A stretch of DNA of 64,000 nucleotides, from the NCBI GenBank assembly GCA_040754395.1, contig JBFMCL010000008.1, forward strand, positions 50,823 through 114,822, in the 5' to 3' direction. The stretch is from Nitrospirota bacterium (GTDB taxonomy: Bacteria; Nitrospirota; Thermodesulfovibrionia; Thermodesulfovibrionales; SM23-35). Below the pieces are notes generated by a model. It was given only the letters and a program-made list of their open reading frames with translations, was not told the DNA's origin and did no database searches. Below, piece by piece: positions 1 to 8,356 of the stretch. Made by a program: the position numbers and the translations under genes. Positions within the stretch are counted from its first letter, which is position 1, and each line of letters begins with the position of its first letter.

Positions 1-478
1 ACTTATGGAGGAGAATATCGCTGACATGGATGCGTTCCTGGCCGTCTCCAATAATGACGAGCTGAATATCATGGTGTCGCTTCTTGCAAAGAAATTCGGG
101 GTCAGGAATACGATTGCCATTGTCAATAAGACCGACTACATGCCGCTTGCGCACAGCCTCGGGCTGCAGGCGGTCCTCAGCCCGAGACTGATTACCGCGA
201 GCACCATTTTACGTTATGTCAGGAGAGGAGATATCCTCTCGTTGACCGCAATAGCGGAGGCAAAGGCGGAGATCATTGAGGGCAGGATCGGCAAGAAGTC
301 TCCCCTCATCGGGAAGACGCTCGACAAGGCGCAGCCGAAGGCATCGATAATTGGCGCGGTTATCAGGAATCAGGAGTTGATTATACCATCGGGTTCGGAT
401 ATGATCCTTGAGGGAGACAAGCTGATAATCTTCACACTCCGTGAGTCGATCAGGGAAGTGGAGAAAATCCTGGCCTGA
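1..478 (+). CDS. trkA: Trk potassium uptake NAD-binding subunit TrkA, C-terminal part (begins upstream of the window)
   Basis: RCK_N/RCK_C-like sequence (AFLAVSNNDELNIMVSLLAKK...LIIPSGSDMILEGDKLIIF) directly upstream of trkH. Confidence 0.9.
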   Translation, partial: LMEENIADMDAFLAVSNNDELNIMVSLLAKKFGVRNTIAIVNKTDYMPLAHSLGLQAVLSPRLITASTILRYVRRGDILSLTAIAEAKAEIIEGRIGKKSPLIGKTLDKAQPKASIIGAVIRNQELIIPSGSDMILEGDKLIIFTLRESIREVEKILA

Positions 479-494
479 TGGTCCCGGCTTTTCT

Positions 495-1943
495 ATGAAT
501 GTAAGAGTAATATCACATTTCATCGGCATTGTGCTCATACTGATATCTCTCTTCATGCTTCTGCCTTTAGCGGTTTCCCTGATCTACCGGCAGTCGGACA
601 CCATGCCCCTCATTCAGTCATTCGTGGTGACACTCCTTGCAGGAAGCATACTTTACCTTACTGCGGGCAGATACAAAAGAGAAGAGATACGGCACCGGGA
701 AGCCCTCATTGTCGTTACCCTCACTTGGGTTGTCACCTCATTGTTCGGTTCGCTCCCCTTTCTCCTGTCGGGAACGTTTGATTCCTTTACCGACGCCTAT
801 TTCGAATCGATCGCGGGCTTTACCACAACCGGCTCGTCGGTACTCGTTGACATAGAGTCGGTTCCCAGGGGAATTCTGTTCTGGAGGAGCCTCATGCAGT
901 GGATTGGAGGTATGGGAATAATCGTGTTTGCACTTGCCATTCTGCCTATCCTCGGTACCGGCGGAATGCAGCTTTTTAAGGCAGAAGTGCCGGAGATCAG
1001 CGTTGATAAGCTGAGGCCGAGGATTCTGGATACCGCAAAAGCCCTCTGGCTCATTTATCTCATCCTTACGATGGCGGACGCTTTGCTTGTCATGGCGGCA
1101 GGCATGAGTGTGTACGACGCTGTATGCCACGCATTCACCACGATGGCGACGGGTGGGTTCTCGACAAAAAATGCGAGCATAGGGCATTTCCAGAGCCCGT
1201 CCATCGAATATATCACGAGCCTTTTCATGTTTCTGGCGGGCATTAATTACTCCCTTCATTTTTTCGTATTTAAAGGCAAGCTTTCCAGATTATGGGCAAA
1301 TAATGAATTCAGGTTTTACCTCTTCATCACGGCGCTGGCAACCCTGATGATTACCGTGAGCATCTGGAAGTCCTCGTATGACTCTTTTGCAGATTCGTTC
1401 AGATACTCTCTCTTCCAGGTTGTCTCACTCATGACCACAACAGGATATGCAACCGCAAATTTTGAATTATGGACTCCTTTTGCCCAAATAATACTCGTGA
1501 TGGTGATGTTTTTTGGCGGCATGATCGGGTCGACCGGCGGCGGGATAAAGCAGGTCAGAATCCTCCTTATGATAAAGCAGGGGTACCGCGAGATGTATCA
1601 GCTGATCCACCCTCGGGCAGTCACCACGGTGAAGCTTGACGACAAATTCCTTGACAAGGAAATCCTGGGCAGCATTTGGGGCCTGGTATTTCTATTTCTT
1701 GGCGTATGCGTCATCGCATCTGTCGGCATGGCTGCGACAGGCCTTGATATTGTGACCTCAGCAACTACCGTCATCTCAGCCATGTGCAATGTCGGTCCTG
1801 CACTGGGAGACGCCGGACCGGCAGAGAATTTTGCGTCGATATCTGTCATCGGCAAGTGGATACTCGTATTCTGCATGCTTACGGGGAGGCTCGAGGTGTA
1901 TACCGTCCTCATACTTCTGGTCCCGCATTTCTGGAAAAAATAG
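495..1943 (+). CDS. trkH: Trk potassium uptake membrane protein TrkH
   Basis: Polytopic protein with pore-loop motifs FESIAGFTTTGS, TMATGGFS, MTTTGY, CNVGP and GSTGGGIK; start taken at ATG 495. Confidence 0.95.
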   Translation: MNVRVISHFIGIVLILISLFMLLPLAVSLIYRQSDTMPLIQSFVVTLLAGSILYLTAGRYKREEIRHREALIVVTLTWVVTSLFGSLPFLLSGTFDSFTDAYFESIAGFTTTGSSVLVDIESVPRGILFWRSLMQWIGGMGIIVFALAILPILGTGGMQLFKAEVPEISVDKLRPRILDTAKALWLIYLILTMADALLVMAAGMSVYDAVCHAFTTMATGGFSTKNASIGHFQSPSIEYITSLFMFLAGINYSLHFFVFKGKLSRLWANNEFRFYLFITALATLMITVSIWKSSYDSFADSFRYSLFQVVSLMTTTGYATANFELWTPFAQIILVMVMFFGGMIGSTGGGIKQVRILLMIKQGYREMYQLIHPRAVTTVKLDDKFLDKEILGSIWGLVFLFLGVCVIASVGMAATGLDIVTSATTVISAMCNVGPALGDAGPAENFASISVIGKWILVFCMLTGRLEVYTVLILLVPHFWKK

Positions 1944-1962
1944 CATCGCGAAGCATAAAATG

Positions 1963-2622
1963 CTATTCCGGGACCGTTACCAGCTTACCGTTCTGCAGCA
2001 GAAGGATCCGGTCTCCCAGTCTCTCTGCCTGGGCCCTGTCATGGGTAGTAATGATGACCATGGATTCGTGGTTCCTTTTTATCCTCAGGATGATGTCTTC
2101 GATGATGCGTTTGTTTTCCTCGTCAACAAACGCTGCCGGCTCATCGAGAAAAAGTATCTCGGGTTCGATCACAATCGCCCGGGCGATGCCGAGCCTCTGG
2201 GTTTCCCCGCTCGACAGGGTCAGCGCGTTCTGCTCCTTCCTGTCAGAAAGACCGACAAATTCGAGCGACCTCTCAACGCATGCAGAATAGTCTTTTTTCC
2301 GTATATCCCGCAGTCTCAGGCCATATGACACATTATGAAAGACTGAGGTGTTAAACACCCCGATTTTCGGAAGCACAAGAGTAATACGCCTCCTCAGAGA
2401 TATATCATTGGGAAGTGGCATGTCTTCGGCCCGGTAAAGAATATTACCCCTGTCAGGATGTTCAAGGAGAGCGCACAGCCTGAAGAGAGTTGATTTGCCG
2501 GAACCATTCGGCCCCATCAGCACATAGACCCCGTTCTCGGAAAAGGAAAACGAGCAGCCCCTGAGCACACGTTTGCCGTCGTAGCTCTTGTGAATATCCG
2601 ATATTTCCAGGGTAAGGCTCAT
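1963..2622 (-). CDS. tupC: Tungstate ABC transporter ATP-binding protein
   Basis: Walker A GPNGSGKS, LSSGETQR signature, LFLDEP; last gene of tupAB operon. Confidence 0.85.
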   Translation of the reverse strand: MSLTLEISDIHKSYDGKRVLRGCSFSFSENGVYVLMGPNGSGKSTLFRLCALLEHPDRGNILYRAEDMPLPNDISLRRRITLVLPKIGVFNTSVFHNVSYGLRLRDIRKKDYSACVERSLEFVGLSDRKEQNALTLSSGETQRLGIARAIVIEPEILFLDEPAAFVDEENKRIIEDIILRIKRNHESMVIITTHDRAQAERLGDRILLLQNGKLVTVPE

Positions 2623-2624
2623 GT

Positions 2625-3326
2625 TCAGGTCCTTGCCGTTCCCTTTCTCTGAAAGACATTCAGGATAAAAGTGACCAGTGCCGAAAGAAGTATGAGAATG
2701 ATGCCGAGCGCGAGTGCGAGTTCAAAATCCCCCTTATCGGTTTCAAGGGCGATCGTTGTCGTCATCACCCTCGTATATCCGGCAATGTTGCCTCCGACGA
2801 TCAGGACTGCCCCCACTTCGGCCGTCACCCGGCCAAACCCTGCAATAATGCCGGAAAGGATACCGTAGCGTGCCTCGTTTACGATCGTTACAGCCACCTG
2901 AAAAGGGGTTGCTCCAAGGGTAAGGGATGCCTGCCTGATGATGGGGTCAACACTGACGATAGCCGCTTGGCACAGGGACGCCACAATAGGCAGGGCAAGG
3001 ACACTCTGCGCGATTACCATTGCGGTCGGGCTATAGAGGAGAGCCATGAACCCGAGCGGGCCGCTCCTCGATAACAGGAGATAGAGAAAAAGACCGACCA
3101 CTACGGGCGGAAGCCCCATAAAAGTGTTGAGAATGGTTACCAGAAACCGCCTGCCGGGAAATTCCGTCAGTCCAAGTATTGCCCCTGCAGGAATCCCGAT
3201 CATTGCTGAGATGAGGAGGGCGGTTCCCGACACGCGAAGGGACAGGAATATGATATCCAGGAGCTCTCTGTCAAGGTTCAGTATCAGAAAGAGCGCTCTG
3301 AAAAAACCATCAGTAATCGTATCCAT
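2625..3326 (-). CDS. tupB: Tungstate ABC transporter permease
   Basis: TupB-type motifs MGLPPVVVGL, AEVGAVLIVGGNI, TRVMTTTIALET. Confidence 0.9.
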   Translation of the reverse strand: MDTITDGFFRALFLILNLDRELLDIIFLSLRVSGTALLISAMIGIPAGAILGLTEFPGRRFLVTILNTFMGLPPVVVGLFLYLLLSRSGPLGFMALLYSPTAMVIAQSVLALPIVASLCQAAIVSVDPIIRQASLTLGATPFQVAVTIVNEARYGILSGIIAGFGRVTAEVGAVLIVGGNIAGYTRVMTTTIALETDKGDFELALALGIILILLSALVTFILNVFQRKGTART

Positions 3327-3365
3327 GTCGATAGTTTTCCGGATATTCCCAGGTCAGATCAATGC

Positions 3366-4187
3366 CTATTTCGCATTCGGAATAAAGAGCTGATTGCCCA
3401 GCTTGTCCCTGAAGGAACCGATTGCCTGCTGCCCTTCCGGAGATATCAGCCAGGTGATGAATTCCATGGCCTCCCTGTGCCTCACATGGGTGTGCGTGTG
3501 AGGGTTTACCGCCATGACACCGTACTGATTGAACAGCATGGGATCACCTTCGAGCAGGATGGTCATGTCGAGCCTGTCTTTTTCCCTGGTTGCAAGCCAT
3601 GTTCCCCTGTCGGTGAGCGTGTAGGCTCTTTTCTCATTTGCGATGCGCTGGGTCTTCTCCATTCCCTGGCCGACTTCAAGATACCATTTCTGTCCCTTCG
3701 GATCAATCTGCGCTTTTTTCCAGATCGAAAGTTCTTTGGTATGCGTGCCGGAGTTATCTCCCCTTGAGACAAAGGCATTGCCGCTTCCGGCTATTTTGCC
3801 GAAGCCTACTGCGACTGATTTTATCCCTCTGATCTGTGCGGGATCATCAGGTGGTCCGATGACCACAAAATCGTTATACATGACATCATGACGGTTGACA
3901 AAGAAGCCTTCCTCGACCGCCTTCAGTTCCTGCTCCTTCGCATGGACAAATGCCACATCTGCGTCTCCCCGTTTCCCCATCTCTATCGCCGCACCGGTGC
4001 CCCGTGCGACGATTTTGACCTTTATGCCCGTCTTTTTCTCAAATAGTGGCAGGATATACCCGAACAGACCTGAATTTTCAGTGCTCGTGGTGGACGCACA
4101 GATGATCTCCTTTTCCGCAGAGGCATTTCCCGGAAAGATAAAAAAAGCCGCCAAAATTAAAAACAAAAGACTTTTCCGCAATCTCAT
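3366..4187 (-). CDS. tupA: Tungstate ABC transporter substrate-binding protein
   Basis: Signal peptide; STTSTENSGL (TTTS-like tungstate motif), GTGAA, FVSRGDNSGTH, YTLTDRGT. Confidence 0.9.
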   Translation of the reverse strand: MRLRKSLLFLILAAFFIFPGNASAEKEIICASTTSTENSGLFGYILPLFEKKTGIKVKIVARGTGAAIEMGKRGDADVAFVHAKEQELKAVEEGFFVNRHDVMYNDFVVIGPPDDPAQIRGIKSVAVGFGKIAGSGNAFVSRGDNSGTHTKELSIWKKAQIDPKGQKWYLEVGQGMEKTQRIANEKRAYTLTDRGTWLATREKDRLDMTILLEGDPMLFNQYGVMAVNPHTHTHVRHREAMEFITWLISPEGQQAIGSFRDKLGNQLFIPNAK

Positions 4188-4227
4188 GGAATACCACCTC
4201 TTATGAATAAAGCTATTCCCCGGCGAT

Positions 4228-4257
4228 ATTATACCGGCAATTAGTCATCCCTGTAAA
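4228..4257 (-). promoter_or_regulatory. Putative sigma70 promoter of tupABC
   Basis: Minus strand TTTACA-N18-TATAAT about 40 nt upstream of the tupA start. Confidence 0.5.
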
Positions 4258-4419
4258 ACCGATGATATAAATCATTCCAGTTAGTCGCTAAAGGAGACAT
4301 GTATCCCGATAGGTTATTGTCATTACAAGGAATCTCTCTGTTTCGCAATTTTCGATTAGCGTAGCGAAATAGTCCGGAAATCTGGTTGAAAAGGTGAGCT
4401 GCTCAGCATTTCTTCCCGT

Positions 4420-5028
4420 CTACCCCGCAGTTGCTGTTTGGATTCCATACAAAACGCTTCTCACGTGGCGCCACAGTTCGTCCCTGCCTTCCCCGGTCGT
4501 GCTCGAATGGATGAGCGACGGCACATGCGGGGGGAGCATCAGCCCCCTGCGGATCGCGGCAATGTGGGCCGGTCGCCTGCCACGGCTGATCTTATCCGCC
4601 TTTGTCCCGACGACGACATACGGGATATCCAGCCCCCTCAGCCATTCCGAGGCGTGTATGTCGTTCCTCATGGGCTCATGCCGCAGGTCGATCAGATGCA
4701 CAACAAGGGCAAGGCTGTCCCGTTCCTGCAGATAACCGGTGATGAATTTTCCCCACTCCCTTTGTTTCCCCTTTGATTTCGCTGCATACCCGTACCCGGG
4801 AAGATCCACCAGATACAACTCCTCGTTGATCGCAAAAAAGTTGATCGTCTGTGTTTTTCCGGGCAAGGAACTTGTCCGGGCCAGCGCGCGCCGCGCACAT
4901 AATGAATTGATCAGGGATGATTTCCCCACGTTGGAACGGCCGACTATCGCGATCTCAGGGTACCCGGCACTGGGGTACTGCTTCGGTCTGACCGCGCTGA
5001 TCACACATTTCGCCGAGAGTATTTTCAT
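4420..5028 (-). CDS. engB: Ribosome biogenesis GTP-binding protein YihA/YsxC
   Basis: GRSNVGKSS, PGKTQ, DLPGYG and TKADK G-motifs. Confidence 0.95.
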   Translation of the reverse strand: MKILSAKCVISAVRPKQYPSAGYPEIAIVGRSNVGKSSLINSLCARRALARTSSLPGKTQTINFFAINEELYLVDLPGYGYAAKSKGKQREWGKFITGYLQERDSLALVVHLIDLRHEPMRNDIHASEWLRGLDIPYVVVGTKADKISRGRRPAHIAAIRRGLMLPPHVPSLIHSSTTGEGRDELWRHVRSVLYGIQTATAG

Positions 5029-5787
5029 TGTTATTCCTTGTCGGGTGTCTGCACCACGAGATTAAATATTGTACCACGGTCTGCAGGCGGCCAAGGAGTC
5101 ATTCCGACGGCTGTGAGTGAGCCCAGAGTATTCATGAAGCGTGGAACAGCAGATGAGATGCAGTATCATCGCTCATTCTCGGTCTGCGTTGCAGACCTCC
5201 GAGGTACAGAGCGTTCTTCGCTTTAAAGCATTGAATACTCCGTAAATCCGCGCTGATACTGTATCTCATCTGTATTGAGGAATTTATTTTATGAATAATA
5301 GAGGTTAGGATATGTATTTTCACATCTTGGCAGCCCGTCGCGGAAAGGGGGATTAGCTTGTTTTCTCTTCCCCGCAGGGAGAGGGCAAGGGGGAGGGAGT
5401 ATTGAAAGGATTTCTCACAGTTAGAAACGTTTTTGCTCTATCAGAATATCCCGTGTGATTCTTTGCATAACAAATAATCACACGCTCGGATTCTTCAATC
5501 AAGAAGGACTATCTTTTGATCACTTTAAGGCTTATTTCTTGCTCCCTAAACTAAACTCCCGTTGAGTTTTCCTTGAAGAGCAACCTTTCACATAGGAATA
5601 CGCATTTCAAAAAATTCCTCACTATGTCGATTGCTTATTCAAGTCAATGCCTTGAAACCTTGAGAAAGAGGCGAAGCGCCTCCCACTTGGTAGTTGTGGG
5701 TCACTGAAAATGGAGAATTACATAAGAAAGCTTTCAACGCAAACACTATCCCCTTCTCCCTAGTATACCGTCATTTTTGAATTACAT

Positions 5788-5932
5788 TGACTAACCTGTA
5801 AGGACATGCTATTGTATATATGAGATTTTAGGGGTTTTTGCGTTCACAGAAGGCCACAAAGACTTTTAGCTTTGTGGCCTTTTTTATTGGGTCCTTCTGA
5901 GATTTTAGTTCATAGAAAAGGAGGTAAGCAAA
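5788..5932 (+). promoter_or_regulatory. Promoter and structured 5' leader of the cold-shock gene
   Basis: TTGACT-N17-TATTGT; 12-bp hairpin AAGGCCACAAAG/CTTTGTGGCCTT at 5850-5881 followed by a T-run; RBS AAGGAGGT. Confidence 0.55.
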
Positions 5933-6133
5933 ATGACACAAGGAACTGTGAAGTGGTTCAACGATAGCAAAGGTTTTGGCTTTATTACTGCTGAAGACAA
6001 TATTGACGTTTTTGTTCACCATACGTCTATTCAGGGCAGTGGTTTTAAAAGCCTTGCCGAAGGTGACAATGTCAGCTTTGATACTGAAAAAGGCCCGAAA
6101 GGCCCCAAAGCGATCAATGTGGTTAAGCGCTAA
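5933..6133 (+). CDS. Cold-shock protein (CspA family)
   Basis: [15 protein letters not shown] (RNP1) and DVFVH (RNP2); strong RBS. Confidence 0.97.
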   Translation: MTQGTVKWFNDSKGFGFITAEDNIDVFVHHTSIQGSGFKSLAEGDNVSFDTEKGPKGPKAINVVKR

Positions 6134-6143
6134 TTAATTGGGC

Positions 6144-6170
6144 AAGGCTCCCTCCGGTGGAGGGGGCCTT
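6144..6170 (+). terminator. Stem-loop downstream of csp, possible terminator
   Basis: AAGGCTCCCTCC-GGT-GGAGGGGGCCTT 12-bp stem; weak U-tract. Confidence 0.5.
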
Positions 6171-6195
6171 CTCCTTTGAGAGGAATGAGAGGAAC

Positions 6196-6564
6196 ATGAA
6201 TAATAATAAGCATGCAGCAATGATGGAGAGGAAGCAGGAGATGATGCAGCAGAAACGTGACGCAGGCTCCATAGCGACACACTTCCCTGAGGTTGCAAGC
6301 ATCGACATGAATATGACTTATACCCAGGAGGGGACAAGATCGATACTCCGGACTTTTCATTTCACTCCCGGCAGCTATGCTTTTTTCATGGTAAACTGCT
6401 TAAGAAAAGACTGTGTTGATGGTGGTTTTGATCTCACAAAGGTTATCAATGCAATGATTAAAAGTCGTAAAGTGCAGACAAAAGGAGCACTCACCTGTAA
6501 GGGCACTGATTCGTCTACCAACCACTCAGATATTATGTATGAAGTTGCCATACAATATACGTAA
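6196..6564 (+). CDS. Hypothetical protein with three Cys
   Basis: ORF with GAGGA RBS before ATG 6196; no family recognised. Confidence 0.65.
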   Translation: MNNNKHAAMMERKQEMMQQKRDAGSIATHFPEVASIDMNMTYTQEGTRSILRTFHFTPGSYAFFMVNCLRKDCVDGGFDLTKVINAMIKSRKVQTKGALTCKGTDSSTNHSDIMYEVAIQYT

Positions 6565-6759
6565 ATCACTCTAACTTTTAATCTTGTGAATTTATCAGAC
6601 AGCAGTATCTCACACGCAGATTCAGCTCCCTGCGTGGTTTTGAGCGTATTCATTCCTAAATTTGTCGTTTCAGAAATGACCTTCTCCTGAGTGCTCTGCG
6701 ACAAAGTATCCAAGCAGATTGAAAAGGCCAGAGGTTTTATAAACAAAAAAGGAGATTAG

Positions 6760-7266
6760 ATGCGGCAATACGAACCTGATGGTAAAATTCGCTATTTGAC
6801 TCTTGTATCCGAATTTCTCAGGGATTTCAGAGAACTTCATTCCCAATTAGACATTTTTGACCGATTTGGCAAAGATTGTTTGACGGATATAACAGATATC
6901 CCTCAGACTGGAACCATGGTCATGAGTGCATCCTGGCCCGAGGGTTCTGAAAAAAAGGTATTTCAATTTAAAGAATCTGAGAAAAGGTGGGGCATTGTCG
7001 ATCTCATCTTCTATAAAGGAAGACTTGTGAATTTTCGCGCTCAGATATTTTTTCAAGGATGGTTTGCAAAATCGAAAGCGGTTAAGTTCAATTCACTTAA
7101 ACTGCGTCCTTTAATAAAAGAAAGCTTCGAAAGGGGAAATGTTCACCATGATTTCTCGAATGATACTTGTTCGTGTTATGATGGTCATGGGTTAAAAATA
7201 ACCTTTTGTTACGAACCTAAAACAACAAGCATTGCAACTACGATTGCCGAAGAAGCCTATGCATAA
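6760..7266 (+). CDS. Hypothetical protein
   Basis: 168-aa ORF with AGGAG RBS. Confidence 0.6.
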   Translation: MRQYEPDGKIRYLTLVSEFLRDFRELHSQLDIFDRFGKDCLTDITDIPQTGTMVMSASWPEGSEKKVFQFKESEKRWGIVDLIFYKGRLVNFRAQIFFQGWFAKSKAVKFNSLKLRPLIKESFERGNVHHDFSNDTCSCYDGHGLKITFCYEPKTTSIATTIAEEAYA

Positions 7267-7431
7267 ATCCTTAAGTTCATACGATTCTCAGTAGATTTCA
7301 TGATGCAAAAGTGTTGGCAGAGCCTATATCTGGTCATTCTAAAATCTTAGTTTATAAACAAGGAGGGTAAGGAACAGGAAGCGTAGCATCTGAAGAAACG
7401 GTACATAAAACGCTTAAAATCAGGAGGTTTT

Positions 7432-7815
7432 ATGGATAATTCATCTCACTATATCAAGATGTGTGAAAGTGCAAGAGTGATACAAAAGCAGTGGAAACCT
7501 GAATTTGGAGATTTTTTTATCTCGATGTCATTAGGCCTGACTTCACCATGTCAGCCAATTACAAGTGATCTTGAGAAAAAGATATCTTACTTAAAAACAA
7601 TAAAGGCCGTCTGGCTCCCAAGGCAAGACCAGCTACAGGATATGGTAATCGATAAATATGCAACACCCTGGGATTTAGCTATTGCATTTAGTAATGTTTT
7701 GATGGGAGACAAGGCATCATACTTTGATAATTTTGATAGTATGGAAAAACTATGGCTTTCTTTTATAATGCTTGAAAAATATAAGAAGAAATGGATAGAA
7801 GCGAAGTGGGGTTAA
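7432..7815 (+). CDS. Hypothetical protein
   Basis: 127-aa ORF with AGGAGG RBS; WLPRQDQLQ motif. Confidence 0.7.
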   Translation: MDNSSHYIKMCESARVIQKQWKPEFGDFFISMSLGLTSPCQPITSDLEKKISYLKTIKAVWLPRQDQLQDMVIDKYATPWDLAIAFSNVLMGDKASYFDNFDSMEKLWLSFIMLEKYKKKWIEAKWG

Positions 7816-7816
7816 T

Positions 7817-8272
7817 ATGAATGGTGTATTGAAAGAACTCTATACTTCTATGAAAGGGAAAAAGAACGTATTCAGTTTTCTGAGTGATGAAGATATAGAG
7901 AATTTGTCCGCTTTTTTTGAAAGCAAGCATATTCTGGCAGGTGAGACTCTCTGGAAAAGAGAGGATCCTTTCGATTATATAGCTATTATTGCTTCAGGAA
8001 AGGTGGAAATAAAAAAAAAGGCGGAGTTCGGGGGCATGAATGTGATTATGGGCAAATATAGCAGGGGGGCATTATGCATTCTTGATGACAGTCTCAGGAA
8101 AGTTACCGCGGTAGCACTTGAAGATGTCTCCCTCGCGATAATTACTCAGGAAAGCCTTGATAAACTGATCGCCACAAATCCCGGATTGGGAGCCAAGCTC
8201 CTGAAGGGTATGCTCCTTACCGTATCAGATCGTTTAAGAAAATCCTTTGATCGTATTGTAACGTTCTTCTGA
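7817..8272 (+). CDS. Stand-alone cyclic-nucleotide-binding (CAP_ED) domain protein, degenerate
   Basis: FSFLSDEDIENL, AGETLWKREDP, IIASGKVEI, RKVTAVALED pattern; translationally coupled to the upstream ORF. Confidence 0.75.
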   Translation: MNGVLKELYTSMKGKKNVFSFLSDEDIENLSAFFESKHILAGETLWKREDPFDYIAIIASGKVEIKKKAEFGGMNVIMGKYSRGALCILDDSLRKVTAVALEDVSLAIITQESLDKLIATNPGLGAKLLKGMLLTVSDRLRKSFDRIVTFF

Positions 8273-8356
8273 TCTGTTTTATTTCGTTGACTCACTGAAT
8301 TATAGTGGATGTGTTTGCTCCTGCTTTATTAAGAGGTATACTATGAAAGGTGAAGA

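Noticed and set aside
4190..4400. Moco/Wco riboswitch or ModE box upstream of tupA
   Set aside because: Only a weak imperfect repeat (GACTAA...ATATC) is present, with no convincing consensus or structure.
5327..5400. TGGCAGCCCGT as a tRNA 3'-end att remnant, plus a REP-like GC-rich palindrome
   Set aside because: The match is about 11 nt, does not match the tRNA-Asp or tRNA-Val in the window, and has no clear second copy.
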